A stretch of DNA of 64,000 bases from Squalus acanthias (GCA_030390025.1 JASTWF010000034.1:2170001-2234000); one strand, 5' to 3'; shown: positions 10,125 to 23,210, counted from the first letter of the stretch. The notes: generated by a model not told the origin, from the letters alone. Made by a program: numbers and translations.

Positions 10125-12882
10125 AGAAACATAGAAAATAGGTACAGTAGTAGCCCATTCGGTCCTTCGAGCCTGCACCGCCATTCAATGCGTTCATGGC
10201 TGAACATGCTACCTCAGTACCCCATTCCTGCTTTCTCAGCATACCCCTTGATCCCCCTAGTTGTGAGTGTTATATCTAACTCCCTTTTGAATATATTTAG
10301 CGAACTGGCCTCAACAACCTTCTGTGGAAGAGAATTCCATAGATTCACCACTCTCTCGGTGAAGAAGTTCCTCCTCATCTCAGTCTTAAATGGCTTCCCC
10401 TTAATCCTTAGACTGTGACCCCTGGTTCTAGTTTTCCCTAACATTGGGAACATTCTGCCCGCATCTAATTTGTCTAAACCAGACAGGATTTTAAATGTCT
10501 CTATAAGATCCCCCCTCATTCTTCTGAACTCCAGAGGATACAAGTTCAGTTGACCCAATCTTTCTTGATATGTCAGTCCGGCCATCCCAGGAATCAATCT
10601 AGTGAACCTTCGCTGCACTCCCTCAATAGCAAGAATGTCCTTCCTTAAGTTAGGAGACCAAAACTGCGCACAATACTCCAGGTGTGGCCTCACCAAGGCC
10701 CTGTACAACTGCAGCATCACCTCCCTACTCCTGTACTCAAATCCCCTTACTATGAAGGCCATCATTCCGTTTGCTTTCTTGACTGCCTGCTGCACTTGCA
10801 TTCCCACCTTCAGTGACTGATGTACCATGACGCCCAGGTCTCGTTGCACCTCCCCTTTCCCTAATCTGCCACCATTCAGGTAATAGTCCGCCTCTCTATT
10901 TTTACCACCAAAGTGGATAACCTCACATTTATCCACATTGTACTTCATCTGCCATACATTTGCCCATTCACCCAACCTGTCCAAGTCACTCTGTAGCCTC
11001 CTAGCATCCTCCTCATTGTTCACACTGCCTCCCAATTTAGTGTCATCCGCAAATTTGGAGATATTACATTTAATCCCTTCGTCCAAATCATTAATATATA
11101 ATGTAAACAGCTGGGGTCCCAGCACCGAACCCTGCGGTACCCCACTGGTCACTGCCTGCCATTCTGAAAAGTACCCATTTACTCCTACTCTTTGTTTCCT
11201 GTGTGCCAACCAGTTCTCAATCCACGTCAACACATTACCCCCAATCCCATGTGCTTTAACTTTGCTCACCAATCTCTTGTGTGGGACCTTGTCGAAGGCC
11301 TTCTGAAAGTCTACTGGTTCCCCCCTGTCCACCCTATTGGAAACATCCTCAAAAAATTCGAGAAGATTTGTCAAGCATGATTTCCCTTTCACAAATCCAT
11401 GCTGACTTGGACCTATCATGTCGCCACTTTCCAAATGGTCTGTTATGACATCTTTAATAATTGCTTCCATCATTTTACCCACGACCGATGTCAGGCTGAC
11501 CGGTCTATAATTCCCTGCTTTCTCCCTCCCTCCTTTTTTAAAAAGAGGGGTTACATTGGCCACCCTCCACTCCATCGGAACTGATCCAGAGTCTAAGGAA
11601 TGTTGGAAAATGATCGTCAATGCAGCCATTATTTCCAAGGCCACCTCCTTAAGTACTCTGGGATGCAGACCATCAGGCCCCGGGGATTTTTCAGCCTTCA
11701 GTCCCATCAATTTCCCCAATACCTTTTCCCGAATAATAAGGATTTCCCTCAGCTCTTCCCTCTTACCAGATTCTCTGACCCCTTTTATTTCCGGCAGGTT
11801 GTGTGTGTCCTCCACAGTAAACACCGAACCAAAGTACTTGTTCAATTGATCCGCCATTTCCTTGTTCCCCATTACGACTTCCCCTGTTTCCGACTGCAGG
11901 GGACCTACGTTTGTTTTTACTAACCTCTTTCTTTTTACATATTTATAGAAGCTTTTGCAGTCCATTTTAATGTTCTCTGCAAGCTTCCTTTCATATTTTA
12001 TTTTCCCTGCCCTAATCAAACCCTTCGTCCTCCTCTGCTGAGTTTTGAAGTTCTCCCAGTCCCCGGGTTTGCTGCTACTTCTGGCCAATTTGTATGCAAC
12101 TTCCTTGGTTTTAATACTATCCCTGATTTCCCCTGTTAGCCATGGTTGAGCCACCTTCCCTTTTTTATTTTTACGCCAGACCGGGATGTACAATTGTTGT
12201 AGTTCATCCATGCGATCTCTAAATGTCTGCCATTGACCTTCCAATGATAGCCCCTTAAATATCGCTTGCCAATTTAACCTCGCCAATTCACGCCTCATAC
12301 CCTCAAAGTTGTCCTTATTTAAGTTCTGGACCATGGTCTCTGACTTAACTGTTTCCTTCTCCATCCTAATGTAGAACTCCACCATACTATGGTCACTCTT
12401 CCCCAGGGGGCCTCGTACCACAAGATTGCTGATTAGTCCTTCCTCATTACACAACACCCAGTCCAGGATGGCCTCCCCTCGAGTTGGTTCCTCAACATAT
12501 TGGTTTAGGAAACCATCCCTTAAACACTCCAGGAAATCTCCTCCACCGTATTGCTTCCAGTTTAAGTAGCCCAATCTATATGCATATTAAAGTCGCCCAT
12601 GATAACTGCCGTGCCTTTTTTGCACGCACCTCTGATTTCCTGTTTCATACCCTCCCCCACCTCACTACTGCTGTTTGGAGGTCTGTACACAACCCCCACT
12701 AACGTTTTCTGCCCTTTGGTGTTCTGCAGCTCAACCCATATTGATTCCACATCCTCCAAGCTGATGTCCTTCCTAGCTATTGCATTAATCTCCTCTTTAA
12801 CCAGCAATGCTATCCCACCCCCTTTTCCTTTTATTCTATCCTTTCTGAATGTTGAATACCCCTGGATGTTCAGTTCCCAGCC
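10125..12882 (-). mobile_element. 5'-truncated CR1 LINE, ORF2 with one frameshift and an RT motif deletion
   Basis: ORFs 12562-12807 and 10214-12574 (786 aa) carry CR1 EN/RT motifs; GEPVDFQKAF lacks 5 residues of VDVVYLDF. Confidence 0.92.
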
Positions 12883-13085
12883 TTGATTGAGATAAATATT
12901 GGCCAGATCATTGGGGTTAACTCTGCTGCTCTTCTTAGATATAATTTCATGGGATCTTTTACGTCCACCTTAGAGAACAGACAGGTTTAACGTCTCATCT
13001 GAGAGACGGCACCTCTGACAGTGTAGTGCTCCCTCAGTACTGCCCTCCCCCCCCCCCAACAATGCAGCACTACCTCAGTACTGGC
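12883..13085 (-). mobile_element. SacSINE1-like SINE, 5'/core part
   Basis: TTGATTGAGATAAATATTGGCCAG...GACGGCACCTCTGACAGTGTAGTGCTCCCTCAGTACTG continues the 9927-10124 piece. Confidence 0.7.
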
Positions 13086-13089
13086 TAGT

Positions 13090-15380
13090 GTGCAGTTTGT
13101 CACGTAGTGCAGCTTGGAACAGAGTGTTGAGCTGCGAGTTTTGTGAGTGAGGGAGTTCGGGGAGGGAGGTGTTCCTTCCTTTTTCTATCTTTGTCAGCTT
13201 CTAGGACCTGGTGAGTATTTCTACAGTCCATCGTTAAAGTAAAAGTAAGGTCTCTAGTTTAGAGTAAGTAGTGTTTAAAGGGAAGTAAGGTCCCTAGTAT
13301 ATTTAATATTCTTTAATTTAAAGGAAGTAAAGGGAGTAAATTAAGGACATGGCAGGGCAGCTCGGCAGCGTGGAGTGCTCCTCCTGTGCTTTTTGGGAAT
13401 TCAGGGACACTTTCAGTGTCCAGGGAGAAAACATGTGCAGGAAGTGTCTCCAGCTGCAGCTACTCGAAATCCGCGATTCGGAGCTGGAGCTGCGACAGGA
13501 GCCACTGTGGACCAGCCGCGAAGCTGAGATCTTCGTGGATAGCACGCTTAACGAGGTGGTCACACCGCAGGTAAAGAGTGCACAGGCAGACAGGAAATGG
13601 GTGACCGCCAGACAGTGTCAAAGAACTAGGATGGTACTGCAGGAGTCCCCTGCGTCCATCTCTCTCTCTAACAGATTTTCCGTTTTGGATACTGATGGGG
13701 GAGAAGGTTTCTCAGGGGAATGCAGCAAGAGCCAAGTCCGAGGCACTACGACTGGCTCAACTGCACAGGCGGGGAGTAAGAGTGGGAGAGCAATAGTGAG
13801 AGGGGATTCTATCGTAAGGGGAACAGATCGATGTTTCTGTGGACGCAGACGTGACTCCAGGATGGTATGTTGCCTCCGTGGTGCCAGGGTCAAGGAGGTC
13901 ACTGAACGGCTGCAGGGCATTCTGAAGCGGGAGGGCGAACTGTCAGAGGTCGTGGTTCACATTGGTACTAACGATATGGGTAGAAAGAGGGATGAGGTCC
14001 TGCAACAAGAATTTAGGGAGCTAGGTAGCAGATTAAAAAGCAGGACTCAAAGGTTATAATCTCTGGATTACTCTCGGTGCCACGTGCTAGTAAGTACAGG
14101 AATAGGAGGATAGAGCAGATGAATGCGTGGCTAAAGAGTTAGTGCAGGAGGGAGGGCTTTAGTTTCCTGGATCACTGGGTCTGCTTCTGGGGAAGGTGGG
14201 ACCTTTACAAGTCGGACGGTTTGCACCTGAACCGAAACGGGGCCAACATCCTTGCGGGGAGGTTTGCTAGTACTGTTGGGAGGGGGGTTTAAACTAACTT
14301 GGCAGGGGGATGGGATACGGAGTGGAGCTATAGTAGGGGTGATGCCCAGGCAAATATAGAGGAAAAAACAAGTCAGCCTGGAAGTCAGAGCAAATATGTA
14401 ACGGCACAAGGGTGTATGGCAAGGCTGGATGGCATTTATTTTAATTCAAGGAGTCTTGCGAGTAAGGCAGATGAATTGAAGGTGTTGATGAACACATGGG
14501 AGTATGATATTGTTGCTATCAGAGAGACATGGTTGAGGGAGGGGCAGGACTGGCAGCTCAATATTCCGGGGTAAAGAATATTCAGGCGAGACAGAGGGGG
14601 GTATAAAAGCGGAGGGGGTGTCGCAATATTAATCAAGGAGTCAATTACAGTACTGCTGTAAGGAGGGATGATATCTTAGCAGGTTTCTCTAAGGAGGCCA
14701 TATGGGTAGAACTTAAAAACAAAAAGTGGGCAAGCACCTTGCTGGGAGTGTACTATAGGGCCGCAAACAGTCATTGGGAGATAGAGGAACAGATATGTAG
14801 GCAAATCTCAGCGAAGTGTCGAAATAATAGGGTAATAATAGTAGGGGATTTCAACTTCCCCAATATTAACTGAGATAGTCAGAGTGTGAAAGGCTTAGAG
14901 GATGCGGAATTCTTAAAGTGGATCCAGGAGAGCTTTTTGAGCCAGCATGTAGAATGTTCGACAAGTGAGGGGGCGGTACTGGACCTAATTCTAGGGAATG
15001 TAGCTGGGCAACTGGTGGAAGTGTCATAAGGAGAGCATTTTGGTGACAGTGACCATAATTCATTGAGATTTAAGGTAGTCATGGAAAAGGACAAAGATTG
15101 ACGGGAAATAAAGATTCTAAATTGGGGGAATGTCGATTTTAATATGATAAGGCAGGACCCGGCCAAAGTGGATTGTATCAGCTACTTGTAGGAAAATCCA
15201 CATCAGAGCAGTGGCAGTCTTTCAGAAAGTAAATAGAGAGAGTATAACGCCAACATGTTCCCGTAAGGGTCAAGTGTGGGACCATCAAGCCCAGGGAAAC
15301 CTGTATGTCAAGTGATATACAAGAATGGATTAGGAAAAAAAGAGAGGTTTTTGGCAGATACAAAGGAGTAAAAACAGTGG
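13090..15380 (+). mobile_element. CR1 5' half: 5' UTR, ORF1 (zinc finger and SGNH esterase), start of ORF2; degenerate
   Basis: ORF 13349-14059 has CSSC..CRKC and GDS...HIGTND; then FNSRSL..K, ETWL, YRAAN, GDFN with stops and frameshifts. Confidence 0.88.
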
Positions 15381-17500
15381 AAATAGAGCTTTCCAGCTTA
15401 ATCCCACTTTCCAGCTTTTGGTCCGTAGCCCTGTAGGTGATGGCACTTCAAGTGCATATCCATGTACGTTTTAAACGTGTTGAGGGTTTCTGCCTCTACC
15501 ACCCTTTCAGGCCTTGAGTTTCAGTCCCGCAACGACCTCTGGGTGAAAAAAATTCTCATCTCCCGTCTAATCCTTCTACCATTTACTTTAAATCTATGCT
15601 CCTTGGTTATTGAACTCATGCCAGGGGAAATAGGTGCTTGCTATCCACTCTATCTAGGCCCCTCATAATTTTATACATCTCAATTAAATCTCCCCTCAGC
15701 CTCCTCTGTTCCAAAGTAAAGAACCCCAGACTATTCTCCAGTCTTGGCAACATCCACGTAAATCTCCTCTATAATGTCTCAAATGCAATCACATCTTTCC
15801 TGTAATGTTTTGACCAAAATTGTACGCAGTATTCTAGCTGTGGCCTAATTGGTGTTTTATACAGTTCTAGCATAAACTCCCTGTTTTTATATTATATGCT
15901 TCGGCTAATAATGCAATGTATCCCACATGCCTTTTTAACTTCCCTATCTACATGTCCTGCTAGTTTTAGAGATATGTGGAAATGTACTCCAAGGTCCCTC
16001 TGTTCCACTGCACCTCTCAGTGTCCTGCCATTTATTGTGTATTCCCTTTTTTTTGGCCCGCCACAAATGCATTACCTCACACTTCTCCGAAATGAAGTCC
16101 ATTTGCCACTGTTCTGCCCACCGGACCAGTCCATTGATATCTTCTTGCAGTCTACAGCTTTCTTCCTCACTATCAACCACACGGCCAAATTTTGTATCAT
16201 GTGCAAACTTCTTCATCATGGCCCCAACACTGAAGTCTAAATCATTAATATATACCACAATTAGCAGGGGACCTAGTACTGAGCCCTGTGGAACCTCGCT
16301 CGGAACAACCTTCCACTCACAAAGAACACCCGTTGACCATTACGACCTTTGCTTCCTGCCACTGAGCCAATTTTGGATCCAACTTGCCACCTTCCCTTGG
16401 ATCCAATGACCAACCTGTCATGTGGGACCTTGTCAAAGGCCTTTCTAATATCTATGTGGACTACATCAAATGCACTCCCCTCATCGACCGTCCTCATTAC
16501 CTCCTCAAAAAATTCAATCCAGTTAGTCAGACACGACCTTCCCTTAACATTACCATGCTGACTGCCCTTGATTAATCTGTGCCTTTCTAAATGCCGATTT
16601 ATACTGCCGCTCAGAATCTTTCAATATTTTATCCACTACCAAGGTTAGACTGACTGCCCTGCAATTACTCGGTCTATCCCTTTCTCCCTTTTTAAACAAT
16701 GGTACAACGTTAGCAGTCCTCCAGTCCTCTGGCATCACGCCTGTAGCCAGAGAGGATTGGAAAATGATGGTCTGAGCCTCCGCTATTTCCTCCTCTGCCT
16801 CTCGTAAAAGCCTGGGATACATTTCATCCGAGCCTCGTGATTTATCTAATTTCAAAGATGCTAAACCCCTTAATGTTTCCTCTCTCACTATGTTTGTCTC
16901 ATCTAATATTCCACACTCCTCCTCCTTCACTACAATATCTGCATCGTCTCACTCTTCTGTGAAGACAGACACAAAGTATTTATTAAGAACCATGTCCACG
17001 TCTTCCGCCTCTACACACAGATTCACTGTTTGGTCTACAATAGGCCAGACTCTTTCCTTAGTTATCCTCTTGCTCTTGATGTATGTATAAAACATCTTTG
17101 GGTTTTCCTTGCCAATATTTTTCCATGCCCTCTCTTTGCTTTCCTAATACTCCTTTTTAATTTCACCCCTGCACTTTCTATACCCCTCTAGGCTTTCTGT
17201 AGTATTGAGCTCTCGGTATCTGACAAAAGCTTCCCTTTTTGTTCCCTTATCCTACCCTGTATTCCCCTTGACAACTAGGGGACTCTAGATTTGGAAGTCC
17301 CATCCTTTATGTTTTTGGGAATATATTTGCTCTGAGCCCTCACTATCTCCTCGTTGAACGCTTCCCATGGCTCTGCACTGATTTCCAATTAAGAAGCTGT
17401 TTCCAGTCCACTTTTCCTAAATCACATCTCAGCTTAGTAAATTGGGCCTTTCCCCAATTGAAAACTTTTAAACCTGGTCTTTCTTTGTCCTTTTCCATTA
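15381..17500 (-). mobile_element. Degenerate CR1 ORF2 fragment
   Basis: KSRGSDEMYPRLL, DWRTANVVPLFKKG, KAFDKVPH, KFAHDTK in broken frames. Confidence 0.85.
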
Positions 17501-17865
17501 GGGGAGATTTAATATAGATATTCCAGATTGTAATGGGTTTTGATAGAGTAAGTAAGTCGGTTTCCAGAGGCAGAATGATGGGTAACCAGAGGAAACACAT
17601 TTAAAGTAATTGGCAGAAGAACCAGAGGAGAGATGAGAATTTTCTTTACGCAGTGACTTTTGATCTAGAATGCACTGACTGAGAACGTGGTGGAAGCAGA
17701 TTCAATAGTAAATTTCGAAAAGGAATGGGGTAATTAGATGAAGGGGAATTTTTATGGGGCTCTGATTAAAGAGTAGGACTGAATAAATAACTCTTTCAAA
17801 GAGACGGCATGGACACGATGGGCCGAATGCCCTCCGTCTGTGATGTACCGTTCAATGATTCTATT
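17500..17865 (+). mobile_element. CR1 3' end fragment
   Basis: RGDLI..., FFTQ-like remnants and a GGGCCGAATG...CTGT tail. Confidence 0.65.
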
Positions 17866-18074
17866 AGCAAGAGACAGAGAGAGAGAGAAGAGGGAGAGAG
17901 AAGAGGGGGAGAGAGAGAGAAAGGGAGAAATAGAGAAATAAAAATAGAGACTGAAAGACAGGGAGAGTTACAGAGGGAAATAAATTAACTTTAAAAGGGG
18001 AATTGGATAAATACCTGAAGGGGAACAATTTGCAGAACTATGGGAAAAGAGCAAGGGAATGGGACTAATTGAAG

Positions 18075-18565
18075 GGGTGAGGCCATGGTGGGATTTGAAC
18101 ATGAGGAGGAGAATATTTAAATCGAGTTGTTGCCGGATCGGCAGCCAATGTTGGTCAGTGAGCACAGGGGTGATGGGTGAACGGGACATGATGTGTGTTA
18201 GGATATGGGCAGCAGAGTTTTGGATGAGCTCTAGTTTACGGAGCCTTGTTACTGGGAGGCCGGCCAGGAGAGTATTGGAATAGTCGAGTCTGGATTTAAC
18301 AAAGGCACGGATGAGGGTTTATGCAGCGGAAGGGCTGAGGTGGAGCGGAGATGGGTGAAATTTTGGAAGTGGCAGTCGGCAGGACTGGTGATTCAGAAGA
18401 TATGAGTTCGGAACTCAGCTCAGGGACAAAGAGATCGCAGAGGTTGCAAACAGCCTGGTTCAGCCTCAGACATTGACCAGGGAGGGGGACTGAATCGGTA
18501 GATAGAGAATGGAGTTTGTGACTAGGACCGAAGACAATGGCTTCGCTCTTCCCAAGATTTAAATG
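18075..18565 (-). mobile_element. L2-type LINE RT C-terminal fragment
   Basis: RLDYSNTLLAGLP...IQNSAA...SPITPVL...HWLP on the minus strand; homologous to 51914-52420. Confidence 0.75.
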
Positions 18566-18808
18566 ACAAACAGTAATTCAGTGAAACGTGGTTTACGGAC
18601 CCAATATCTGGATATAGAGACTGACCAAGGACACTAACAGCAGCAAAGAATGAAGAATAGTAATACAGTTAGCAAAGGTTTGCAGAGTTAATAGCTGGAT
18701 AGAGAGATTTACCTGGAACAACAACTGCAGCAAGGAGGGGAGAGTAAATTACAAGAACAGTAATACAGTAAAACATGGTTAACAGAATAGCTGGATAGAG
18801 AGACTTAC

Positions 18809-19031
18809 CAGGCACACCAACAGCAGCTAGGAGTGGATAGTAAATGTATTGAATAATCAGAAGTGCCAAATAGATCCGATAGTCTAATGACATTGTATCA
18901 TAATTTTCTGAAAGATCGTCAACCTGCCAGCTGAAACTCCTGCCCATTGTTGTAGCATTCCAATCTACTGTTCTCAGATTCTGATCCATTGTTGTAACAT
19001 TCCAATCTACTGTTCTCAGATTCCGACCCAT
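18809..19031 (-). CDS. GPR139-like GPCR first coding exon (copy 2)
   Basis: MGRNLRTVDWNVTT-MDQNLRTVDWNATT-MGRSFSWQVDDLSENYDTMSLDYRIYLALLIIQYIYYPLLAAVGVP, 223 nt (phase 1), GTAAGT donor at 18808; TM1 motif and intron position match vertebrate GPR139. Confidence 0.8.
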
Positions 19032-19159
19032 TGTTTTAAAATTCCAATCTACTGTTCCATGATTCCGACTCCCTCTCTATGTGCCGAGCAGCGCGCTGAT
19101 CACTGTCAGTGCCGGAGGTGATGCTCTCACTGACACTATGGGATAACACATTGAAAGGA

Positions 19160-19312
19160 GTCCCTTTTTAATAGAAGAGGGAAACCCTGCACTGATACAA
19201 TTAGAGTCCATGGAGACTGACATTAATTACAGTCACTAAACAAACATCTTCAGTTAACCCGTGGAGACTGACATTAATTACAGTCACTGAACAAACAGCT
19301 TCAGTTAACCCC
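19160..19312 (-). promoter_or_regulatory. Putative promoter of GPR139-like copy 2
   Basis: TATTAAAAA (19165-19173), GGGTTTCCC (19179-19187), two 51-bp tandem units each containing GACTGTAATTAATGTCAGTC. Confidence 0.6.
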
Positions 19313-19339
19313 TTTCAATCCAACAGTTTTTGAACCACA

Positions 19340-19940
19340 GTAAAGTAGAGCATTTACCCGGTCCGGATGGGAAGTATGAGGGTTGCTGAAGGAAGGAATG
19401 GTGGAAATAGCGCAGGCTCTGAACAGAATATTTCAATCTCCTCGGATATGGGAGTGGTGCCAGAGGACAGGAGGGTTGCAAATGTTACACCCTTTTAAAA
19501 AAGGAGAGGGGGATAAACCCTGTAACTGCAGGCCAGTCAGACTAACGTCATTGGTGGGGGAAACTTCTAGAGGCCATATTCACAGAGAAAAGTATCTGTC
19601 TTTGGAAAAAACATGGATTAATAAATGACAACCAGCATGGATATGTTCACAGCAAAGTGTGTCTGACAAACTTGATTAAGTTCTTTGATGAAGTAACGGA
19701 GAGGGTTGATGAGGGTAGTGCGGTTGATGTTGTGTATATGGACATTCAAAATGCATTTGATGAAGTACAATTGAATAGACTTGATAGGACCAAAGGGACA
19801 GTGGCAGTGGGGATCTGACACTGGCTAAGGGACAGAAAACCGAAAGTAGTGGTGAACGGTTGTTGTACAGACTGGAGGGAAGTGTACAATTGTGTCCCCC
19901 AGTGGTCGCTATTCGGACCACTGCTCTTTTTGATATACAT
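19340..19940 (+). mobile_element. Degenerate CR1 RT fragment
   Basis: PGPDG, FKKG..DKPCNCRPV.LTS, VDVVYMDIQNAF remnants. Confidence 0.7.
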
Positions 19941-20019
19941 ACATATATACATACACATACACATACACATTTATATATACATACATTTACACACACACAG
20001 AGGAGGACATAGACAGACA

Positions 20020-21700
20020 GGTGAAATGAGCAAAGTGATAAAAGGTGCCGTCGACAGTGCTATTATGTGGCACTTACTCACTAATAACCTTCTCACTGAT
20101 GCCCAGTTTGAGTTCCGCCAGGACCACTCGGCTCCAGACCTCATTACAGCCTTGGTACAAACATGGACAAAGGAGCTGAATTTCAGTGGTGAGGTGAGAG
20201 TGACTGCCCTTGACATCAAGGCAGCATTGGACTAAGTGCGGCATCAAGGAGCCCCAGTAAAATTGTGTCAATGGAAAGCAGGGGGAAAACTCTCCACTGG
20301 CTCGAGTCATACCCGGCACAACGGAAGATGGTTGTGGTTTTTGGAGGTCAATCATCACAGCCCCAGGACATCGCTGCAGCAGTACATCAGGGCAGTGTCC
20401 TCGGCCCAACCATCTTCAGCTATTTCATCAATGACCTTCCCTCCATCCTATGGTCAGAAGTGGGAATGTTCGCTGATGAGTGCTCAGTATTCAGTTCTAT
20501 TCACAACTCCTCAGATAATGCAGCAGTCCATGCCCGCATGCAGCAAGACCTGGATGATATTCAGCCTTGGGTTGATAAGTGGCAAGTAATAATCACACCA
20601 AACAAGTGCCAGCCAATGACAATCTCCAACAAGCGCCACATCCCCTTGACATTCAATGGGATTACCATCGCCAAATCCGTCACCATCAGTATCCTGGGGG
20701 TTTCCATTGACCAGAACCTTAACTGGACCAGCCACATAAATACTGTGGCTAAAAGAGCAGGTCAAGGCTGGGTATTCTGCGGCGAGTTTCTCGCCTGCTG
20801 ACTCCCCAAATCCTTTCCACCATCTACAAGGCACAAGTCAGGAGTGTGATGGAATACTCTCCACTTGTCTGGATGAGTGCAGCTCCAACAACACTCAAGA
20901 AGCTCGACATCATCCAGGACAAAGCAGGCCACTTAATTGGTAGCCCATCCATCACCATAAAGGGGTAGAGAGGGTGGTAAAAAGGGAGGGGGTCGCGGTA
21001 TTGATTAAATAATCTATTACAGCTGTGAGGAGAGATGATATGTTGGAGGGATCATCAAACGAGGCCATATGGGTCGAATGGAAAAACAAAAAAGGGGCGA
21101 CCACACTGCTGGGAATGTACTATAGACCCCCAAACAGTGAGAGGGAGATAGAAGAGCAAATATGTCGACACATTTCTGAGAATTGCAAAAACCATAGGGC
21201 AGTATTAGTAGGAGATTTGAACTACCCCAATATTAACTGGGATAAGCTGGGTTCGTTTTCCTTGGAACAGAGGAGGCCTGCTCCTGCTCCTATTTCTTAT
21301 GTTATGTTCTTAAACATTCACTCCCTCCACCACCGGCGCACCGTGGCTGCAGTGTTTACCATCTACAAGATGCACTGCAGCAACTTGCCAAGGTTTCTTC
21401 GGCAGTACCTCCCAAACATGCAGCCTCTACCACCTAGAAGGACAAGGGCAGCAGGAGCATGGGAACACCATCACCTGTAACTTCCCCACCAAGTCACACA
21501 CCATCCTGACTTGGAAGTATATCACCATTCCTTCATTGTCGCTGGGTCAAAATCCTGCAACTCCCTCCATAACAGCACTGTGGGAGCGCCTTTCCATCAC
21601 CGACTGCAGCGGTTCACCACCACCTTCTCAAGTGCAACTAGGGATGGGCAATAAATGCAAGGCGTGCCAGCGATGACCACAGCCCATGAATGAATAAAAA
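20020..21700 (+). mobile_element. Family B non-LTR retrotransposon RT and 3' end, interrupted by CR1 pieces (~20960-21310)
   Basis: QFEFRQDHSA, ALDIKAA, QGSVLGPTIFSYFINDLP, MFADEC; resumes at TAAACATTCACTCC (21311) and ends ATGAATAAAAAA. Confidence 0.8.
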
Positions 21701-21759
21701 AGAAAAACAAAATAGATGGCAGATGAAATTCCATAAATTGCATAGATTTTAGAACGTTT

Positions 21760-23210
21760 GCCGCGGATTGGAATGTAGCAAATGTAACCCCAATATTTAA
21801 GAAAGGAGGGAGAGAGAAAACGGGGAACTACAGACCAGTTTTCCTGACATCAGTAGTAGGGAAAATGCTAAAATATATTAAGGACGTAGTAACAGGGCAC
21901 TTAGAAAATTATAATAGGATTGGGCACAGTCAACACGGATTTATGAAAGGGAAATCGTGTTTGACAAATTTGTTAGAGTTTTTTGAGGTTGTAACTAGCA
22001 GAACAGATAAGGGGGAGACAGTAGATGTGGTGGATTTGGATTTTCAGAAGTCATTCGATAAGGTGCCGCACAAGAGGTTATTAAACAAAATGGGATTGGG
22101 GGTAATATTCTAGCATGGGTTGAGGATTGGTTAACGGACAGAAAACAGAGAATAGCAATAAACGAGTCATTTTCGGTTTGGCAGGCTGTAACTAGTGGGG
22201 TACCGCAAGAATCAGTGTTTGGGCCACAGCTATTTACGATATATATCAATGATTTGGATGAGGGGACCAAATGCAATATATCCAAGTTTGCTGATGATAC
22301 AAAGCTGGGTGGGAATGTAAGTTGTGAGGAGGATGCAAGGAGGCTTCAAGGGGATATAGACAGGCTAAGTGAATGGGCAAGAACATGGCAAATGGAATAT
22401 AATGTGGAGAAATGTGCAGTTAGGAAAAATAGTAAAGCAAGGTATTTTTTAAATGTTGAGAGATTGGGAAATGTTGGTGTTCAGAGGGACCTGGGTGTCC
22501 TTGTACATGAATCACTGAAAGGTAACATGCAGGTACAGCAAACAATTAGGAAAGCAAATGGTATGTTGGCCTTTATTACAAGAGGATTTGAATATAAGAG
22601 TAAAGACGTCTTACTGCAATTATATAAGGCCCTGGTGAGACCACACCAGGAGTACTGTGTACAGTTTTGGTCTCCTTACCTAAGGAAGGATATAATTGCC
22701 AAAGAGGGAGTGCAACGAAGGTTCACCAGACTGGTTCCTGGGATGGGGGGATTGTCCTATGAGAACAGATTGAGTAGACTAGGCCTATGTTCTCTAGAGT
22801 TTAGAAGAATGAGAGGTAATCTCATGGAAATATATAACATTCTTAGAGGGCTTAACAGGGTAGATGCAGTGAGGATGTTTCCCCTGGCTCGGGAGTCTAG
22901 AACAAGGGGTCACAGTCTCAGCAAAAGACGTCGGCCAGTTAGGTCCGAGATGAGGAGAAAATTCTTCACTCAGAGGGTGGGGAATCTTTGCAATTCTCTA
23001 CCCCAGAGGGCTGTGGATGCTCAGTCGTTGAGTATATTCAAGACAGAGATTGAAAGATTTTTGAATATTAAGGGAATCAAGGGATATGGGGATAGTTCAG
23101 GAAAGTGGAGTTGAGGTAAAAGATCAGCCATGACCTTATTGAATGGCGGAGCAGGATCGAGGGGCCAAATGGCCTAATCCTGCTCCTATTTCATATGTTC
23201 CTATTTTCTA
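21760..23210 (+). mobile_element. 5'-truncated CR1 RT and 3' end
   Basis: ORFs 21865-22113 and 22215-23114 (KFADDTK, FFTQRV); CR1 3' UTR GAATGGCGGAGCAGG...CCTGCTCCTATTTC. Confidence 0.9.

Noticed and set aside
10044..12886. Many 60-130 aa ORFs antisense to LINEs (here and elsewhere)
   Set aside because: Shadow frames of CR1 ORF2 that recur in every copy.
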